DNA of 64,000 bases from a virus: positions 64,001 to 128,000 of IMG/VR virus record IMGVR_UViG_3300042908_000680; one strand, 5' to 3'. The stretch's first letter is position 1. The number at the start of each line of letters is the position of its first letter. The notes under the pieces are model-generated. The model saw only the letters and a list, made by a program, of their open reading frames with translations. It made no database searches and was not told the DNA's origin. Position numbers and translations under genes: made by a program. Below are positions 29,801 through 38,984 of this stretch, piece after piece.

Positions 29801-32050
29801 AGTGGCGTTCCAACAATTAGGTGCGAAGGAACTACAACTAAAACAATTGATTTACAAGCGAGCGACAATGGAGATGATATAAATATTTATGTTTCTTGTG
29901 CTATTCAGAGGTTTGCGCTTAATTCTGAGTTTATTCCAAAAACAACAAAATTGATAGGTATATCTGGAGTATTAATTCCAGTATATCAATCTAATACAGT
30001 GATTGGATCACAAATTCCAACAAATCAATTTGAAACAGTAATGATTTCTGAAGAACAGCCAGCATTTACAGAAACTGTTCAATTGATTAGACCAATAAGT
30101 ACAGATAATACTAAGTATTGTTCAGATAAGTGTTTAGCCGAAGGTCTTGGTGGTCAACTCATAGATGATGGTCCGGTCGTAGCAGCACAAGAAATAGAAA
30201 TACTATCACCATTTAACGTTGGCGTTGCTAGATCAAGAATTACTGTTATAACAGACTCTAGTATATTGCAGGGTAGATATGTAGCAGATGAAGGTGGAGT
30301 AATACCAGTAGACACTCTTACATTTATCAGAAGCCTATATCCAGAAACAAACTTCCCCTCTACAACATATGGTAGACAATTTAATAAATATAAGAAGTTG
30401 ATATCTCCAGAGCGAGGCAGTCCAAGTAAGTATTTTGGTCAAGGATCTTTAAGTGGCCTCAATGTCAATTTTGGAAATGCTGGTACAGTATCATTGTCAA
30501 ATATTAATCAATATGAATCACAATATGATCCTAAATATGTAACTCGTCCAGATATTCCTTGGAAGGACGAAGTGGATGAAAAGAAGATACTTGAAATTAA
30601 AAATCAATTTATCAGCGGATTCTTAGATAGTCAAATATATAGTGCATCTACAGCTAGATTTAGTGGTATTGTAGATGGTGTTATGTATTCTGATGCTACA
30701 ATTGCTGGTGGATTACCGCAGTTATTAAAAGATAAAGGTTATGACTATTTAGATTTAGACAAGTTGCCATCTGGATATCGTGGTGATCTATTTGGATACT
30801 CAGTATGCATAAGAGGAGAAAAAATTCTAGTTGGATCTCCATTCTCTGCTTTTGGTTCAGAAAGTATTACGCCTTGGTCGAGCGGTCTACAATTACATCT
30901 TGGATATGACGGTGGTGCTGGTTCAGTTTATATGTTTGAAAAACCAAGTGGAGATGCTTGGACATGCTCTAGAAAATTTAGACCACAATCATTAATGGGA
31001 CAACTAAGTGGAGTTAATACATTATCAGATCATTTTGGTCATTCTGTTGCTTTACAAAATGATACTATAGTTATCGGTTCTCCCAACCATGATTATGGAA
31101 ATTACTATAGTGTTGTATTTAATAGCGGCTCATTTGCACGAAAGAATTTTAATCCACAGTTCGATATTCCAACTTATACATCTAATGATTTAGGATATTC
31201 TGGAGTTAGAGCAACATTCAATACTGATGGTATTTATGGTAAGAATGCTGGCGCAATTTATGTTTATGAAAATAAGATTACTGATTGGGAAAACAAGAAA
31301 CAGGGATGGAAGCTGATAGAAAAGATTTTACCATCTCCAAAGGTTCCAAGTGGATCTCTGTCAATTTCTGAAAGATTTGGTAGCAACGTATATTTGTCTA
31401 GACCATATAGAAGTGATGCTGACTATACAATACTTGTTGGATGTTATACCGCTTCTGGTGACGGGACACTAAATATCGGTGCAGCATATTCTAAGGATAT
31501 AATGCTAAGAAAGCAGCGACCATCTCTTGCTAATTCCGGTACTTGGATAGATGCAAAAGTCTTTGGCGATAGATCGTCAGGTGATGATCATATAGTAAAC
31601 TTAAGATTTAGTAATAGTGGTAATAATATTCCATATTATGGTAGCGGTATAGTAGTTTCTAACTCAAATGGTGAAATTTTTATCGAAGTATCTGGACAAG
31701 ATCCGGCGACAAAGGGGTTCATATCTCATAGACCATATATTGAGTCTATTATCGGACAGTACCAGTATGGTCAAATTCTAGAAAATGGTATGATATTGTT
31801 CTGCGATGGTCAAAACCCAGCACCAAGCTCACAAATCAACCTATTTATAGATGTTGAAAATTCAGCTTATGTGTATAATACATTAGGATTGTACGGTAGC
31901 GTCATGACAGATGTGGTTTCTACCTCTCCATCTGGACTAAATCTATTTATAGAAAGTCCTTCTGGACTCACATCTTCTTTAAATCTATTTGCACCTAGCG
32001 GGATAGGAAGTCTTAACGACAATCTTAACTTACAAGTAAGAGGGAAATAA
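20831..32050 (+). CDS. Giant tail/adhesin protein with LamG-like domain and seven FG-GAP repeats
   Basis: 3739 aa. FG.S....G[SG]P...G..Y.[FY]E blades at ~25877, 26198, 27140, 27515, 30782, 31028 and 31370; LamG-like beta region at ~23340-23760. Confidence 0.7.
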   Translation: MSSLLCNTNDKTRLGANSRLLATLSFNHGLSSRPSSIATIRLQEGVYRNLKTSFIGISKLLANENVNCSPKEDFSECGAGNIRGYTTANLGINSRISSSGKFKSSYTDKFAGYKPSFRAYEKLYPIQDLSFKSKITNTNINVYKVENNAPSPTNIYTSIDEGVFTGDYVQDGKTGSIISDESKSFALTFRIFASGDIQYKFRVAKPVSVAKLSYLAIRASAPFDNYIQKKPQQYKIYDIKFEDPSGNLIIQYEDMFIRGDTYYTTYLSKPLVNNLLLPTWDSKYPLMDAAGSYSITLNISYDCNTYPFTSNFDPGYEQTCIINSTNLSPNPFISLNMSALEIGNSGGVGILRDSYLNFYSKVRDKSEREKRTLLPTELLTYSFNNGIYPQASSVWRSTTNNINYDNTASSGASHLLNKIRNDLTGDYITVINSSPVSDSGRIVLKFNTKPDKEAYDNYIDGAFAFGGSKEFNDAKLVNYLDNDNFFDIESLELKVIAKKATGTPDYTIDVVGYSDDKLLNVTPAIGGFLQNSGALVFDTNSVPDISGYNYKTFGISDSSLSDQSEYFQKDASPNGDHYILNNAPLVNSTSFQEYIIPLDIYQNPYDLGYKKYSISSLFENLYLDICPIPSGASICSVKLVVYYKPANALAMHTLGSPVDKSAVRKSITLLPSSNENGTQVNTNVKLSGILTGLTTPEYIKSNYSRRWRGNDGRILSGGDFMPEAFDFSFNHKQAINPFLTSYIDFKNVDGDNILSSSGTVVGQADQYFNILSNFGWRYSSNQLFTLTPTPYKSISWRNNVFDAFDRAARISSDDRLIINTLNNDSFTNYGNISKSFGFALFIRFTPDQSSDSLINNNLIFSYENSTTWSMVFICENGILKLKIKNADNSVTTLSDTRSILEYQFPFSVLITYNDDNTYKFKLYTDNELFSLFNNLRAVSPPQTSLKLLSNPSLYIGYSSTYSGLSSLPMFLHEVGISNGRCNIAEYINENILSNQTTASNVFSSHRMHFNSLSSKNIRSNQYTYVDDDISLWHLGDFKVCQFSPDFDFFTQRHGIDFLSFDLKHHGSGYSQATNLPLPSNINISGVAYHTQLENDFLRFNLSNIPTIDKDRFYAVAPRISKTLPRGYKFNQDAIYVDTIVEHETNDSMIWSNGKIGPKLIVSLYAKTQDSADRPSKSFGLINRSTHYLEPSGCIRKLTSKFSFEDLLDDSEPWALFDKESYLKEFKEKYFSQDIDDMFLQYDLVYPSGRPFSSLIKLHSSNVRLDDAIYISEKSNSQLNLITSGQKYQLANLNLFAPENGPIINSYANLFVSGVGPSRQQVSFYINSSGYPCDSPYLNMYTFTVGSATTEDQVFGGMFGSSPVKGLGLSVSGQFMTETSMPLFTYGSGYYSESYVNLSTLVEDDIVKNEYINLAIRGISKSQDFYPYSSMPLYVYGQEFSTEINNYAPLFVLSDDLSRVVDSGSLNLHTLNYPISDSLANSSASIRWTNNNVGKNITVQDNSYAYVDSDDNIRGVDLLCYGTCSSNNRCSEAVVDIHGVKWYEPEVCVDGGIFRAKSTYTNLTYPSGSFRHTISQNEATNILTENLFVLSTENNDFMSTESSLNSVVYDIMPYSGHFYGIRKYTGLAPNLPYAINITGKSGSTDAIDIPTEIVEVEYNKNETNLTSTDYSGFRLLSSGTKTAGDEFGKSIASKDNLLAIGSPKRSIVYNSGVGSNLTLQEAGTVFVYRRQERPSGYNWPLDNYKSPWILETALTLPSGMLKDYYTQSELDLGLPYNLRPIQTSWFVGQEGRQFGHSLDISVNKNEKSLGESSRQIIVVGGPSAKWTPRVFDNTPPSDVNIGLIVFTDEFTPRIPAPLPNQPFRTIGYEEVLESIKDKDIIFNYFGNPRIKFNVKLMICQPIADSPDIVSPSFPDKPDFMVLNSIGRNSGYKPNAAKTEAIVSGIKDAFFEAFPYDNSKIHNNIPPIIGLYIDNSSSLGRESLEPAIDEFVKFYKKYSFDNGLIDFNNVRESGQVIEYIPDTYDAENWVQMSTTILSEVLDTGNLVSNNQVRFLTGSVGTFNTNLGPFNIPPESGGKAYIFEKESGNWNLIQEIKSPNITYSNPDRFGHAVSISDDGELVVIGSPYINQAVTMYERKEEERDRFYSSLYSWVKTNRPDKYSSEILTYENSYGFSKDQQALYLSLDKTDKFKSRVDLGIQEYQNIYTFDYSNMQSNGSWSFIPNVVAPISRLGYSIDVNEDGSVVVASAPTDSLNLYNDADVYYVNGSRGGKTFRTGYIDPSGVLTGTVKPAWSSSVNAGSIHVFESRKYYPHNQVIEYGRFGNLHEIDSNDTPDSGHFHYLADIFEDKNFIKTEFTDSKIPKEAGLAFIITPAVDALSTSDEVYNNIYNWLALGDRNLVLVANDPIWEGNGKYKNSNDILNKLLERLNSRMRVVPARSKYESLPEGYSTFNNVIPSFIPQGSTSTYVQRTSLRGSGVADIKVYYPGYYQVMPCQKVTDCSPDPVKIQIQSRCEMPLMHYGDLRSQWNALCCTNGGTLIYGINWPFTFGSYKPACGDTEFPDNPMANFEPIPLLAAAEKVTYDVNYPAVPARYQNFPIYETVYTSTPYYVFGSPVSQATNFVWDSGNTPSNLSLNASSSISEGRFYKPEEGLLQAKGISKISITPYTTKEIVSDKNYFCVEHSYAKTTSKIIVLAGVETESRAALYSGQGDQNVKFYTNLVSKNPTIKGYSDIAQLGGWTGRTSFTDGYASSLLKTVFRNGNEVVEDVDTSFTSIDRIYLTNVFNVAWVANIISQPSQSEINDIKTWLSYGDKKLIITCGNDINSVKNAQELCSKLGVYVEPVFLPYLDMYPQINSSFEINDIHQAGGNFSKNKIEYFTAAIPFYPLKLTSNGIGIAYYSQPIYDEVPKTNTNISWDMNAGVTKLSFPVIPCSGYKLFITTLSETSTEIAPLDIDIENATYLPNLPCPIDYTSSQVNELNVDGELISYKLIGSGVPTIRCEGTTTKTIDLQASDNGDDINIYVSCAIQRFALNSEFIPKTTKLIGISGVLIPVYQSNTVIGSQIPTNQFETVMISEEQPAFTETVQLIRPISTDNTKYCSDKCLAEGLGGQLIDDGPVVAAQEIEILSPFNVGVARSRITVITDSSILQGRYVADEGGVIPVDTLTFIRSLYPETNFPSTTYGRQFNKYKKLISPERGSPSKYFGQGSLSGLNVNFGNAGTVSLSNINQYESQYDPKYVTRPDIPWKDEVDEKKILEIKNQFISGFLDSQIYSASTARFSGIVDGVMYSDATIAGGLPQLLKDKGYDYLDLDKLPSGYRGDLFGYSVCIRGEKILVGSPFSAFGSESITPWSSGLQLHLGYDGGAGSVYMFEKPSGDAWTCSRKFRPQSLMGQLSGVNTLSDHFGHSVALQNDTIVIGSPNHDYGNYYSVVFNSGSFARKNFNPQFDIPTYTSNDLGYSGVRATFNTDGIYGKNAGAIYVYENKITDWENKKQGWKLIEKILPSPKVPSGSLSISERFGSNVYLSRPYRSDADYTILVGCYTASGDGTLNIGAAYSKDIMLRKQRPSLANSGTWIDAKVFGDRSSGDDHIVNLRFSNSGNNIPYYGSGIVVSNSNGEIFIEVSGQDPATKGFISHRPYIESIIGQYQYGQILENGMILFCDGQNPAPSSQINLFIDVENSAYVYNTLGLYGSVMTDVVSTSPSGLNLFIESPSGLTSSLNLFAPSGIGSLNDNLNLQVRGK

Positions 32051-33855
32051 TGCTATCTATTGAATATTCTCCGGGTAGTGCTGCAGTTTTAAGACCCACG
32101 CCATTTATTTCTATTACTCAAAATGCAATTAGAAATAAAACCGGTATGCTTGGTAGTTATTATGATATAACTCTTAATGGCACTATTTTGTCTGATGAAG
32201 GATCGCCTTTTTATACTAATGGTGCTTCCGTCACTCCTGATGGATTCAAATCTGATTATGCAAGACCAGCACATGAATCGGTAGGTATTGGTAACGCTAT
32301 GGCATCTATAGTCCATAAGCAAAATTTGATTAGAGAATTATTCAAAAAAGATGGTCAAAGATTTGAATTGTTACCAGTAAAGGTTGATGCTGATGTTTCA
32401 AACGATGGCACTGGCCCAGAAACACCAGTACTAATTTTTCATCCAACAGTTCAATCTATTAATTTTGAAGAAGGTTTGTACATAAATACTTGTAAGTATA
32501 CTATTAACTTAAGGGCAGAAGTACTCTTAGATAAAGCTAATAAAATTATTTCTGACGGATTAGTGAACTCTACTCATACCCCAACAGGAACTGATGGTCA
32601 ACCATATAGAAATAATGGGGGAGATAGATTAGACTTAGCTTCAGCATTAGCTGCCAGCGGTTTCATTGATGACTATAGCGAAAGCTGGTCTATTGATACT
32701 GAAGAAGGTAGGGGGACAACAGATTCAACTACTGCTTTACCAACATCTATTAGAACTTATAGACTAACAAGAAATATAAGTGCTACCGGAAGAACGATGT
32801 ATTACCCTAACGGTGGTGTTATTAAAAGAAAAGAAGCTTGGGAACAAGCTAAGAATTATATATATACAAGCGTTTTGAAAGATACTAATAATGTATCTAC
32901 TGATAACTCAACTGGATATGAACAATTCCCAGAGTATACTCTAGGACCATATTTTGGTAGTGGATATTTAAATATAGCAAAAGAAATTTGGGGTGGATAT
33001 AATCATCTGCGCACGGAATCTATAGATGTTACAGCCGGGACATTCACCCTAACAGATACATGGCAATTATCTAGTGGATCTGCTTATGAGGACTATAAAC
33101 TTTCAGTTTCTAAAACATCTGAAGATCCTTGGACTAAAGTTTCGGTAGATGGAACAATTAAAGGTTTATCTAGCCAATCTGCTGGTGGAACTTTGTATGG
33201 TGGATCTAATACAACCACTCCCATAGGTTTAGGTAATGGTAATATAAATACTCAGTATCAAAACGCTTTATATAAATTTAATCAATTAAGCAATAATGCT
33301 AATTATGGACCAACGTGCGCTTTTTACAAGCGTGCCAATTCTATAGTAAGTTCTAATTTGAGTCCAACCCCCATTTCAATATCTTTAAATAGTAATGAGT
33401 TCACTGGGGAAATAACTTATAATATTGAATATGACACAAGGCCAAAACCAAATGTAAGCGGTGTTTTATCTGAGTTTATAACTTGCAGTGATACATATCC
33501 CGGTGATTCATTTGCAGTTATACCGGTTATTGGTAGGCAGACCGGACCCGTATTACAATACATAGGCGGAAGAACAGAATATCAACGTAGTTTAAGTATA
33601 GAATTAACAATGGATCAATATTATGGATCGGGTGATGGCTCTTTGCAACAAAGGTATAGAAATTATGGTTCTTTATCTAAGCCAAGTTTAAATGAACCAT
33701 TCAGAAGCCAAATAAATGATGTGATAGGAGCTTATAGTCCTCTAAATGAAAATGGTATAAGAAAATATTTTATTAGCCCACCCACTGAAAGCTGGGATGC
33801 AAGATCTGGAAGATATTCTCTTCAAATTAATTGGACATACGAGTTAAACAGATGA
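32050..33855 (+). CDS. Putative distal tail/hub protein
   Basis: Beta-rich with repeated ES.D..GT/E.TY/W hairpin motifs; downstream of the TMP. Confidence 0.45.
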   Translation: MLSIEYSPGSAAVLRPTPFISITQNAIRNKTGMLGSYYDITLNGTILSDEGSPFYTNGASVTPDGFKSDYARPAHESVGIGNAMASIVHKQNLIRELFKKDGQRFELLPVKVDADVSNDGTGPETPVLIFHPTVQSINFEEGLYINTCKYTINLRAEVLLDKANKIISDGLVNSTHTPTGTDGQPYRNNGGDRLDLASALAASGFIDDYSESWSIDTEEGRGTTDSTTALPTSIRTYRLTRNISATGRTMYYPNGGVIKRKEAWEQAKNYIYTSVLKDTNNVSTDNSTGYEQFPEYTLGPYFGSGYLNIAKEIWGGYNHLRTESIDVTAGTFTLTDTWQLSSGSAYEDYKLSVSKTSEDPWTKVSVDGTIKGLSSQSAGGTLYGGSNTTTPIGLGNGNINTQYQNALYKFNQLSNNANYGPTCAFYKRANSIVSSNLSPTPISISLNSNEFTGEITYNIEYDTRPKPNVSGVLSEFITCSDTYPGDSFAVIPVIGRQTGPVLQYIGGRTEYQRSLSIELTMDQYYGSGDGSLQQRYRNYGSLSKPSLNEPFRSQINDVIGAYSPLNENGIRKYFISPPTESWDARSGRYSLQINWTYELNR

Positions 33856-34286
33856 TGGCTACAAATTCAGAACTAAAAAATATTGAAGAAACTTTACCTG
33901 ACAATGATCCTATGTTAAGTAGGGCAATAGTAAATTCCAATAATGCCACTACAACAACAACTACAGCAGGACCAGACGCTCCTAATCCAGTAAATGGTTC
34001 ATTAAGTCCAAATTATTTAGTATTTGAAACGTATGGATTATCTAATGGAAAAGCTTCTTTATCAAACAGTATCACAGATTTTACTGCATATAATTCATAT
34101 ATACATCATCTTACGGTTGGTGGCGGTGGAGGTGCTGGAAATATTGCAAGAACTTTAGGTGCTGCTGGAATTAATAATGTTTCTGCTCCAGCTGGCGGTG
34201 GAACAAGAGTTAATGTCATGAGTAATATCGTTTTAGCATCTAACAGATTTGAAGTTTACAATAGAAGTTTTAGGAATTATTCATGA
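33852..34286 (+). CDS. Small structural-region protein with a Thr run
   Basis: ATGA overlap at 33852 with the previous stop; ATTTTTTAGP tract. Confidence 0.5.
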   Translation: MMATNSELKNIEETLPDNDPMLSRAIVNSNNATTTTTTAGPDAPNPVNGSLSPNYLVFETYGLSNGKASLSNSITDFTAYNSYIHHLTVGGGGGAGNIARTLGAAGINNVSAPAGGGTRVNVMSNIVLASNRFEVYNRSFRNYS

Positions 34287-37200
34287 CTACAACTACACCT
34301 TCTCCATTATTGAGACAAATTACTCCTACGGTATATAATGGCATAAATGGAAATAGTGTTCTTCCAGCGTCTGGTTATTATGGTAATACTTGGCCTTCAT
34401 ATGGTGAAACCGTTATACCTCAAGGTGTTGGCGGTGGCGGTTGGACAATAGACCCAACAACTCCAAATACATATGATAGAGGGTATCCACAGCAAACCTT
34501 TCTTGGTGCTTCTATTCGTAATTTTAGTATGAATGGTGGATTTGGTGATAGCAGTTCTACTTTATCTATAGATCTTGTTAATGATGAGTTTAATAATTCT
34601 GATAAAACTGCCCAAGGTCAGGGTGATGATGTTTATCATAGTGGTAATGGTGATAGATTTGTACCACCAATAGCTGGAACGCCGGTATATTTTAAATTTG
34701 GCCCTAATCTTGCTACGGTAGAACAAGCATATAGAAAAACTTTTGATAAAACTTATGGTTTCGATACTATAGGTACTAGAAGTGTTGATGGTGGTGGCAG
34801 TTTTGATAAAGATAATTTTACATCTTTAGGTCCAAATCAATATGTAGATCTAGAAAGTAAAAACATATATAATTTTACTTCATATATGAATAATACACAA
34901 TCTCGCGGAGCAGATCACATTGTTTTTGGTGGTATATTGCAATCATATATACAAAATCGTGGCCCCGGTGGAAATCCTTTATATTCTGTCCAAGTCACTG
35001 ACCCGAGAGAAATATTATCTAACGTTATATTAGTTCTAAATAATTATGTCGGTACTACATTCAACACGCAAAATGTATTTAATATTTATGGATTTTTAGA
35101 ATATAATATGACACCCGCTCTTTCTGGTGTTTTAGAAGATCATTTTGGAAACTATAATATTCTTACTAAAAAAGTTAATCCAACCAATGGTTACATTTCT
35201 TATGGTGGATCTATAAATAATACAAGTCCAATGGATTGTTGGTTTAAAACAGGCGGTGGAATGTTTGGATCTACAGAGTCATCATTTCCTGTTACTGGAA
35301 CCGGATTTTCAAGAAGAGGTCCGCAGGGAATACCATTTTATAGAATAAAGCAAGCATTAGGAACATTGATGTCTTTAGAATATACTCTTCCAACAGAGTA
35401 TGAAAATATGGGTTTTGGCAAGGTTATTAATTTTAGAGGTTATAATTACGTTGTAGATTTCAGCGGATTGCCCAGCTTGCCACCCATGTATTTCCTAGAT
35501 TTTGATCAGATTAATTTGTTAGATTTAGCCTTAGAGATCTGTGATGTTACTAGTAGAGATTTATTTGTATCTTTACTACCTGTTATAAATCATCCTGCTT
35601 GTCAGTTTTTGTATGACAATCAAAACGCAGATCCTAAAAAACTAATTGCTGGCATTATAAGATTAGATAGCATAGATAGATCACATGCTCCAGTTTATGG
35701 GGCTATAAAAACCTACATAGATAGTTTAGCATCTTCTGGAATATTAGTAGAAAATCAAGATGTTGGTTATGAGCTTTCTAATGTAACAACTGATAAGTTT
35801 GTTGTTGGCGCACAAGAAGTAGATATGTATTGTTTTTCAGCCAATGCTGATAGAGATTTTATAAATGCTAGAAATAGACGTAGTGGAGGCGAATCTGACG
35901 AAGCAGATTGGCAGCAGTGGACATTAGAAAAACAATTAGAACAACAAGTATTGCCATACTATGGAACACTTGGGCAAAATGCTATCACTATTCCAAAAGG
36001 TTGGGGTGCTTATCAACAAATATTATTAGATACAACTGGCTTAAATGCAAATGGTGTTGGATCATATTACGTTGCTACAGAAATGGAATTAAGATGTGCA
36101 TCAATTTCTTATGATTGTTGGAAAAATTTCTTACAACAATATAATGACACTTATTTAGAATCCATAGAGGGTGATGACGGTATTGAAGGATCAGCTTTAA
36201 ATCAGACAGTATCTTTTGGTGGCGTTCCAGAACCAACAAATATATCTAATAAATATGCCGTTACGGTTCCAAGGTCAGTATTTGAAACATATTCTGATAC
36301 ACCGTTTGGAGCAGATAAATTACCTAAAAGTTCATGTAATCCACCATATGGATACCCGCTTTATTATAAGCGTATGACTAAACTAGGAATACCAGAGGGC
36401 GGTTTAACAAAACTGCAATCTAGGGTTACTAGCATGATTACCGGTGCTGCTACAATGCGTGATTCAAACGCTGATAACTATCAAGAAATTAGAAATAATC
36501 AATTAAAAGAGTTAGAATATATTGCTGAAGAATATGGCACTTTGACACAAGCAGAAAAAAATTACTATGCTGCTATTAGTAAAGCTTTGATGTCGAGTAA
36601 GCCCGATATTGATTTATTAAACAGAGCAGAAGAAGCGTTGCATTCTATAGGTGCTACTCTTCCAAGATTAGCCAAAAAAGGAACAGAAAATGCCCTTAAG
36701 GTTTATGAATTTCTTAAAAAGGTGGCTGACGAAAATTTAGGCAAAAAGTTCTTGGTTAAAATACCAAATAAGGTTAACTTATTTCATGAAAACCAAATCA
36801 CTTGGAAGGGTGGCTCAACTGCCGGTGAATATGCAGTTGGACCATTTGGATTCAAGCCAAGACCATCAACATCTGGTATAGGTGATGAATTTTCTCCAGC
36901 ATTTTTATCTCAATATCGAGGAGATAGAAATAGTAGTAAAAATATGATTAAGTATTTTCTTAACAGCGACATAGACGATAAACAGGCTAAATATAATGGA
37001 GCTTTAAAAACAAATTACAATCCTATTTCTGATAAGTATGAATTCAATTATACTCCAACAAATCTTGGTGGATATTTTCCATTTGATTTATATGCTAATA
37101 CTTTGACTATAGATCAAATATCAAGATTACCAGACAATGCTATACCCAAAGCTGTGAATCAAGCTTTAATACCACAAGATTTAACTAACTTTTTAGATGA

Positions 37201-38971
37201 AAATGGTAGAATGTCCGCTTATGTTAGATTCGATAATAGTCAGCATTTAGCTTTGGGATCTATGAATTCTGAAGATTTTACACAGCAACTAATTACACTA
37301 CAGGGTATGGTTCCAGATTTATGCGAATTCTTAGACAATGTTGGTGAAGATAAATGGACAAGCTTTAATGAAGCAGACGCAGACAGGCCGGATAATAATC
37401 CTCATGCCCCAAAACAGTGCGCGTTTGTTAAATGCAGTGTTGATGAAAAGTTTTACATGCCGCCAAAAATGATAACTAGCGGAATACAAACTTATGGACA
37501 AGCTGAAGCAGGTGATTACAAAAAGAAAGTTTCAAGACCTAGAAAAATTTTTGTTCCATGCTCTGGCTTGAGTGGCACAGATTTAATACCCGGTACTGGT
37601 GTTTATATTGATAGTTTTAGGTATATAGAAAAAAATTATTATCCAAATACTAGCACTGGGCCAACTGCTAATAGGTTAATTTTTGGGAAAAAGTATGAAC
37701 CGGCACTTGGCAGTTATATAATTAAATCTGACATGGGAGATTTAGACACTAGTAATGTTTACGCTTTGATCACGCTGCCAAATAAAGTAATTCCAACAAA
37801 AGACGCTAGATATAGAGATTCTGTAAATCAAAAAGATAATACATATGACATTAAACATTATCTTACTGTTGACGTTGTTAAGGGTCTACCAGAATTTGAA
37901 GAACCGGCATTTGCAAAAGCTTCTGAAACAAATATTTTAGCTGGTGATTCTACTTGCTCTACTTATTCTGCCGAATCACGAAGTGTTGCTTGGTTAGCTG
38001 CTAAAAAAGCGAAATCATCTTTACAGTTTGGTTTTCCACAAAACATACAAATAACCGCACCTTCACCAGTATATCCAGATTTAGTAGTCATACCAATGAT
38101 ATCTAACGAAAGATGTTATGGACCTTGGGTATCTTCTCAGGTTGACCCTCAAGGTTCAGCATACGTAAACATTGGCGGTAGAGTAGAGTTTATCAAAGAT
38201 GAAAACTTATCTCCTTGGAATTATGCCGGTTATGAATTAATGCACAGTGCCGGGATGCTCCAAGCTCAATTTTCAAATAGTTTGTTACTTTTCTCAGAGC
38301 GTGGAGGGTTTACTTATCCCGGTATGCCAACTGCCTCTTTATGTCAAGTTTTACTATCTGGCGGGCCGCTTATTACTAATGTTAGTGTAGATGTATCAGA
38401 GGGTGGTATAAAAACAACATACAAGATGGATCTATACACAGCTAGTTTTGGAAAGTTACAAAAACAAAAACAAGATATGATTTCTAAAATTAGTCGAGAG
38501 AAACAAAGATTAAGAGATGAAAGAAATTCTCTTATAAGGAAAGGGATAGGTAAGGGGCAAACAAGCTTGAATATAGTTGGATCTGTTAATTTATTTGGAA
38601 ATAACGGAACAGTTCCCACTGCCCCAAGAGCTATGAATCATATAGTAGCATCTGTTGCAAGATATGAATCCCAATCTTATAGCTCTACTTTGGGTAATGT
38701 CAACGGATTAGACAGTATTTATGCTGCCTCTATGCAAAATCAACAAGATATATTTGATACAGCAAATAAATTTGATAGTGATAATCAAAGACAAACAGCA
38801 GAATACAATGCGGGATCTGTTGCTTTTGACGAAATGTTTATCCCGTTTTCTAATGAGCCTTACCACCCCAATATGCCAAACGTTAAATATGTAGATTATA
38901 GAGCTAATAATAGACTGTATGAAATTGGCGAAAATACTATTAATGACAACGATGTTACATCACCAACATAA
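34283..38971 (+). CDS. Putative tail tip/baseplate hub protein
   Basis: 1562 aa. SSTLSIDLV...FGGILQSY...YSVQVTDPRE N-domain and ITNVSVDVSEGGIKTTY followed by a coiled coil, as in Tal/hub proteins. Confidence 0.55.
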   Translation: MTTTTPSPLLRQITPTVYNGINGNSVLPASGYYGNTWPSYGETVIPQGVGGGGWTIDPTTPNTYDRGYPQQTFLGASIRNFSMNGGFGDSSSTLSIDLVNDEFNNSDKTAQGQGDDVYHSGNGDRFVPPIAGTPVYFKFGPNLATVEQAYRKTFDKTYGFDTIGTRSVDGGGSFDKDNFTSLGPNQYVDLESKNIYNFTSYMNNTQSRGADHIVFGGILQSYIQNRGPGGNPLYSVQVTDPREILSNVILVLNNYVGTTFNTQNVFNIYGFLEYNMTPALSGVLEDHFGNYNILTKKVNPTNGYISYGGSINNTSPMDCWFKTGGGMFGSTESSFPVTGTGFSRRGPQGIPFYRIKQALGTLMSLEYTLPTEYENMGFGKVINFRGYNYVVDFSGLPSLPPMYFLDFDQINLLDLALEICDVTSRDLFVSLLPVINHPACQFLYDNQNADPKKLIAGIIRLDSIDRSHAPVYGAIKTYIDSLASSGILVENQDVGYELSNVTTDKFVVGAQEVDMYCFSANADRDFINARNRRSGGESDEADWQQWTLEKQLEQQVLPYYGTLGQNAITIPKGWGAYQQILLDTTGLNANGVGSYYVATEMELRCASISYDCWKNFLQQYNDTYLESIEGDDGIEGSALNQTVSFGGVPEPTNISNKYAVTVPRSVFETYSDTPFGADKLPKSSCNPPYGYPLYYKRMTKLGIPEGGLTKLQSRVTSMITGAATMRDSNADNYQEIRNNQLKELEYIAEEYGTLTQAEKNYYAAISKALMSSKPDIDLLNRAEEALHSIGATLPRLAKKGTENALKVYEFLKKVADENLGKKFLVKIPNKVNLFHENQITWKGGSTAGEYAVGPFGFKPRPSTSGIGDEFSPAFLSQYRGDRNSSKNMIKYFLNSDIDDKQAKYNGALKTNYNPISDKYEFNYTPTNLGGYFPFDLYANTLTIDQISRLPDNAIPKAVNQALIPQDLTNFLDENGRMSAYVRFDNSQHLALGSMNSEDFTQQLITLQGMVPDLCEFLDNVGEDKWTSFNEADADRPDNNPHAPKQCAFVKCSVDEKFYMPPKMITSGIQTYGQAEAGDYKKKVSRPRKIFVPCSGLSGTDLIPGTGVYIDSFRYIEKNYYPNTSTGPTANRLIFGKKYEPALGSYIIKSDMGDLDTSNVYALITLPNKVIPTKDARYRDSVNQKDNTYDIKHYLTVDVVKGLPEFEEPAFAKASETNILAGDSTCSTYSAESRSVAWLAAKKAKSSLQFGFPQNIQITAPSPVYPDLVVIPMISNERCYGPWVSSQVDPQGSAYVNIGGRVEFIKDENLSPWNYAGYELMHSAGMLQAQFSNSLLLFSERGGFTYPGMPTASLCQVLLSGGPLITNVSVDVSEGGIKTTYKMDLYTASFGKLQKQKQDMISKISREKQRLRDERNSLIRKGIGKGQTSLNIVGSVNLFGNNGTVPTAPRAMNHIVASVARYESQSYSSTLGNVNGLDSIYAASMQNQQDIFDTANKFDSDNQRQTAEYNAGSVAFDEMFIPFSNEPYHPNMPNVKYVDYRANNRLYEIGENTINDNDVTSPT

Positions 38972-38984
38972 ATAGGAACAAATT

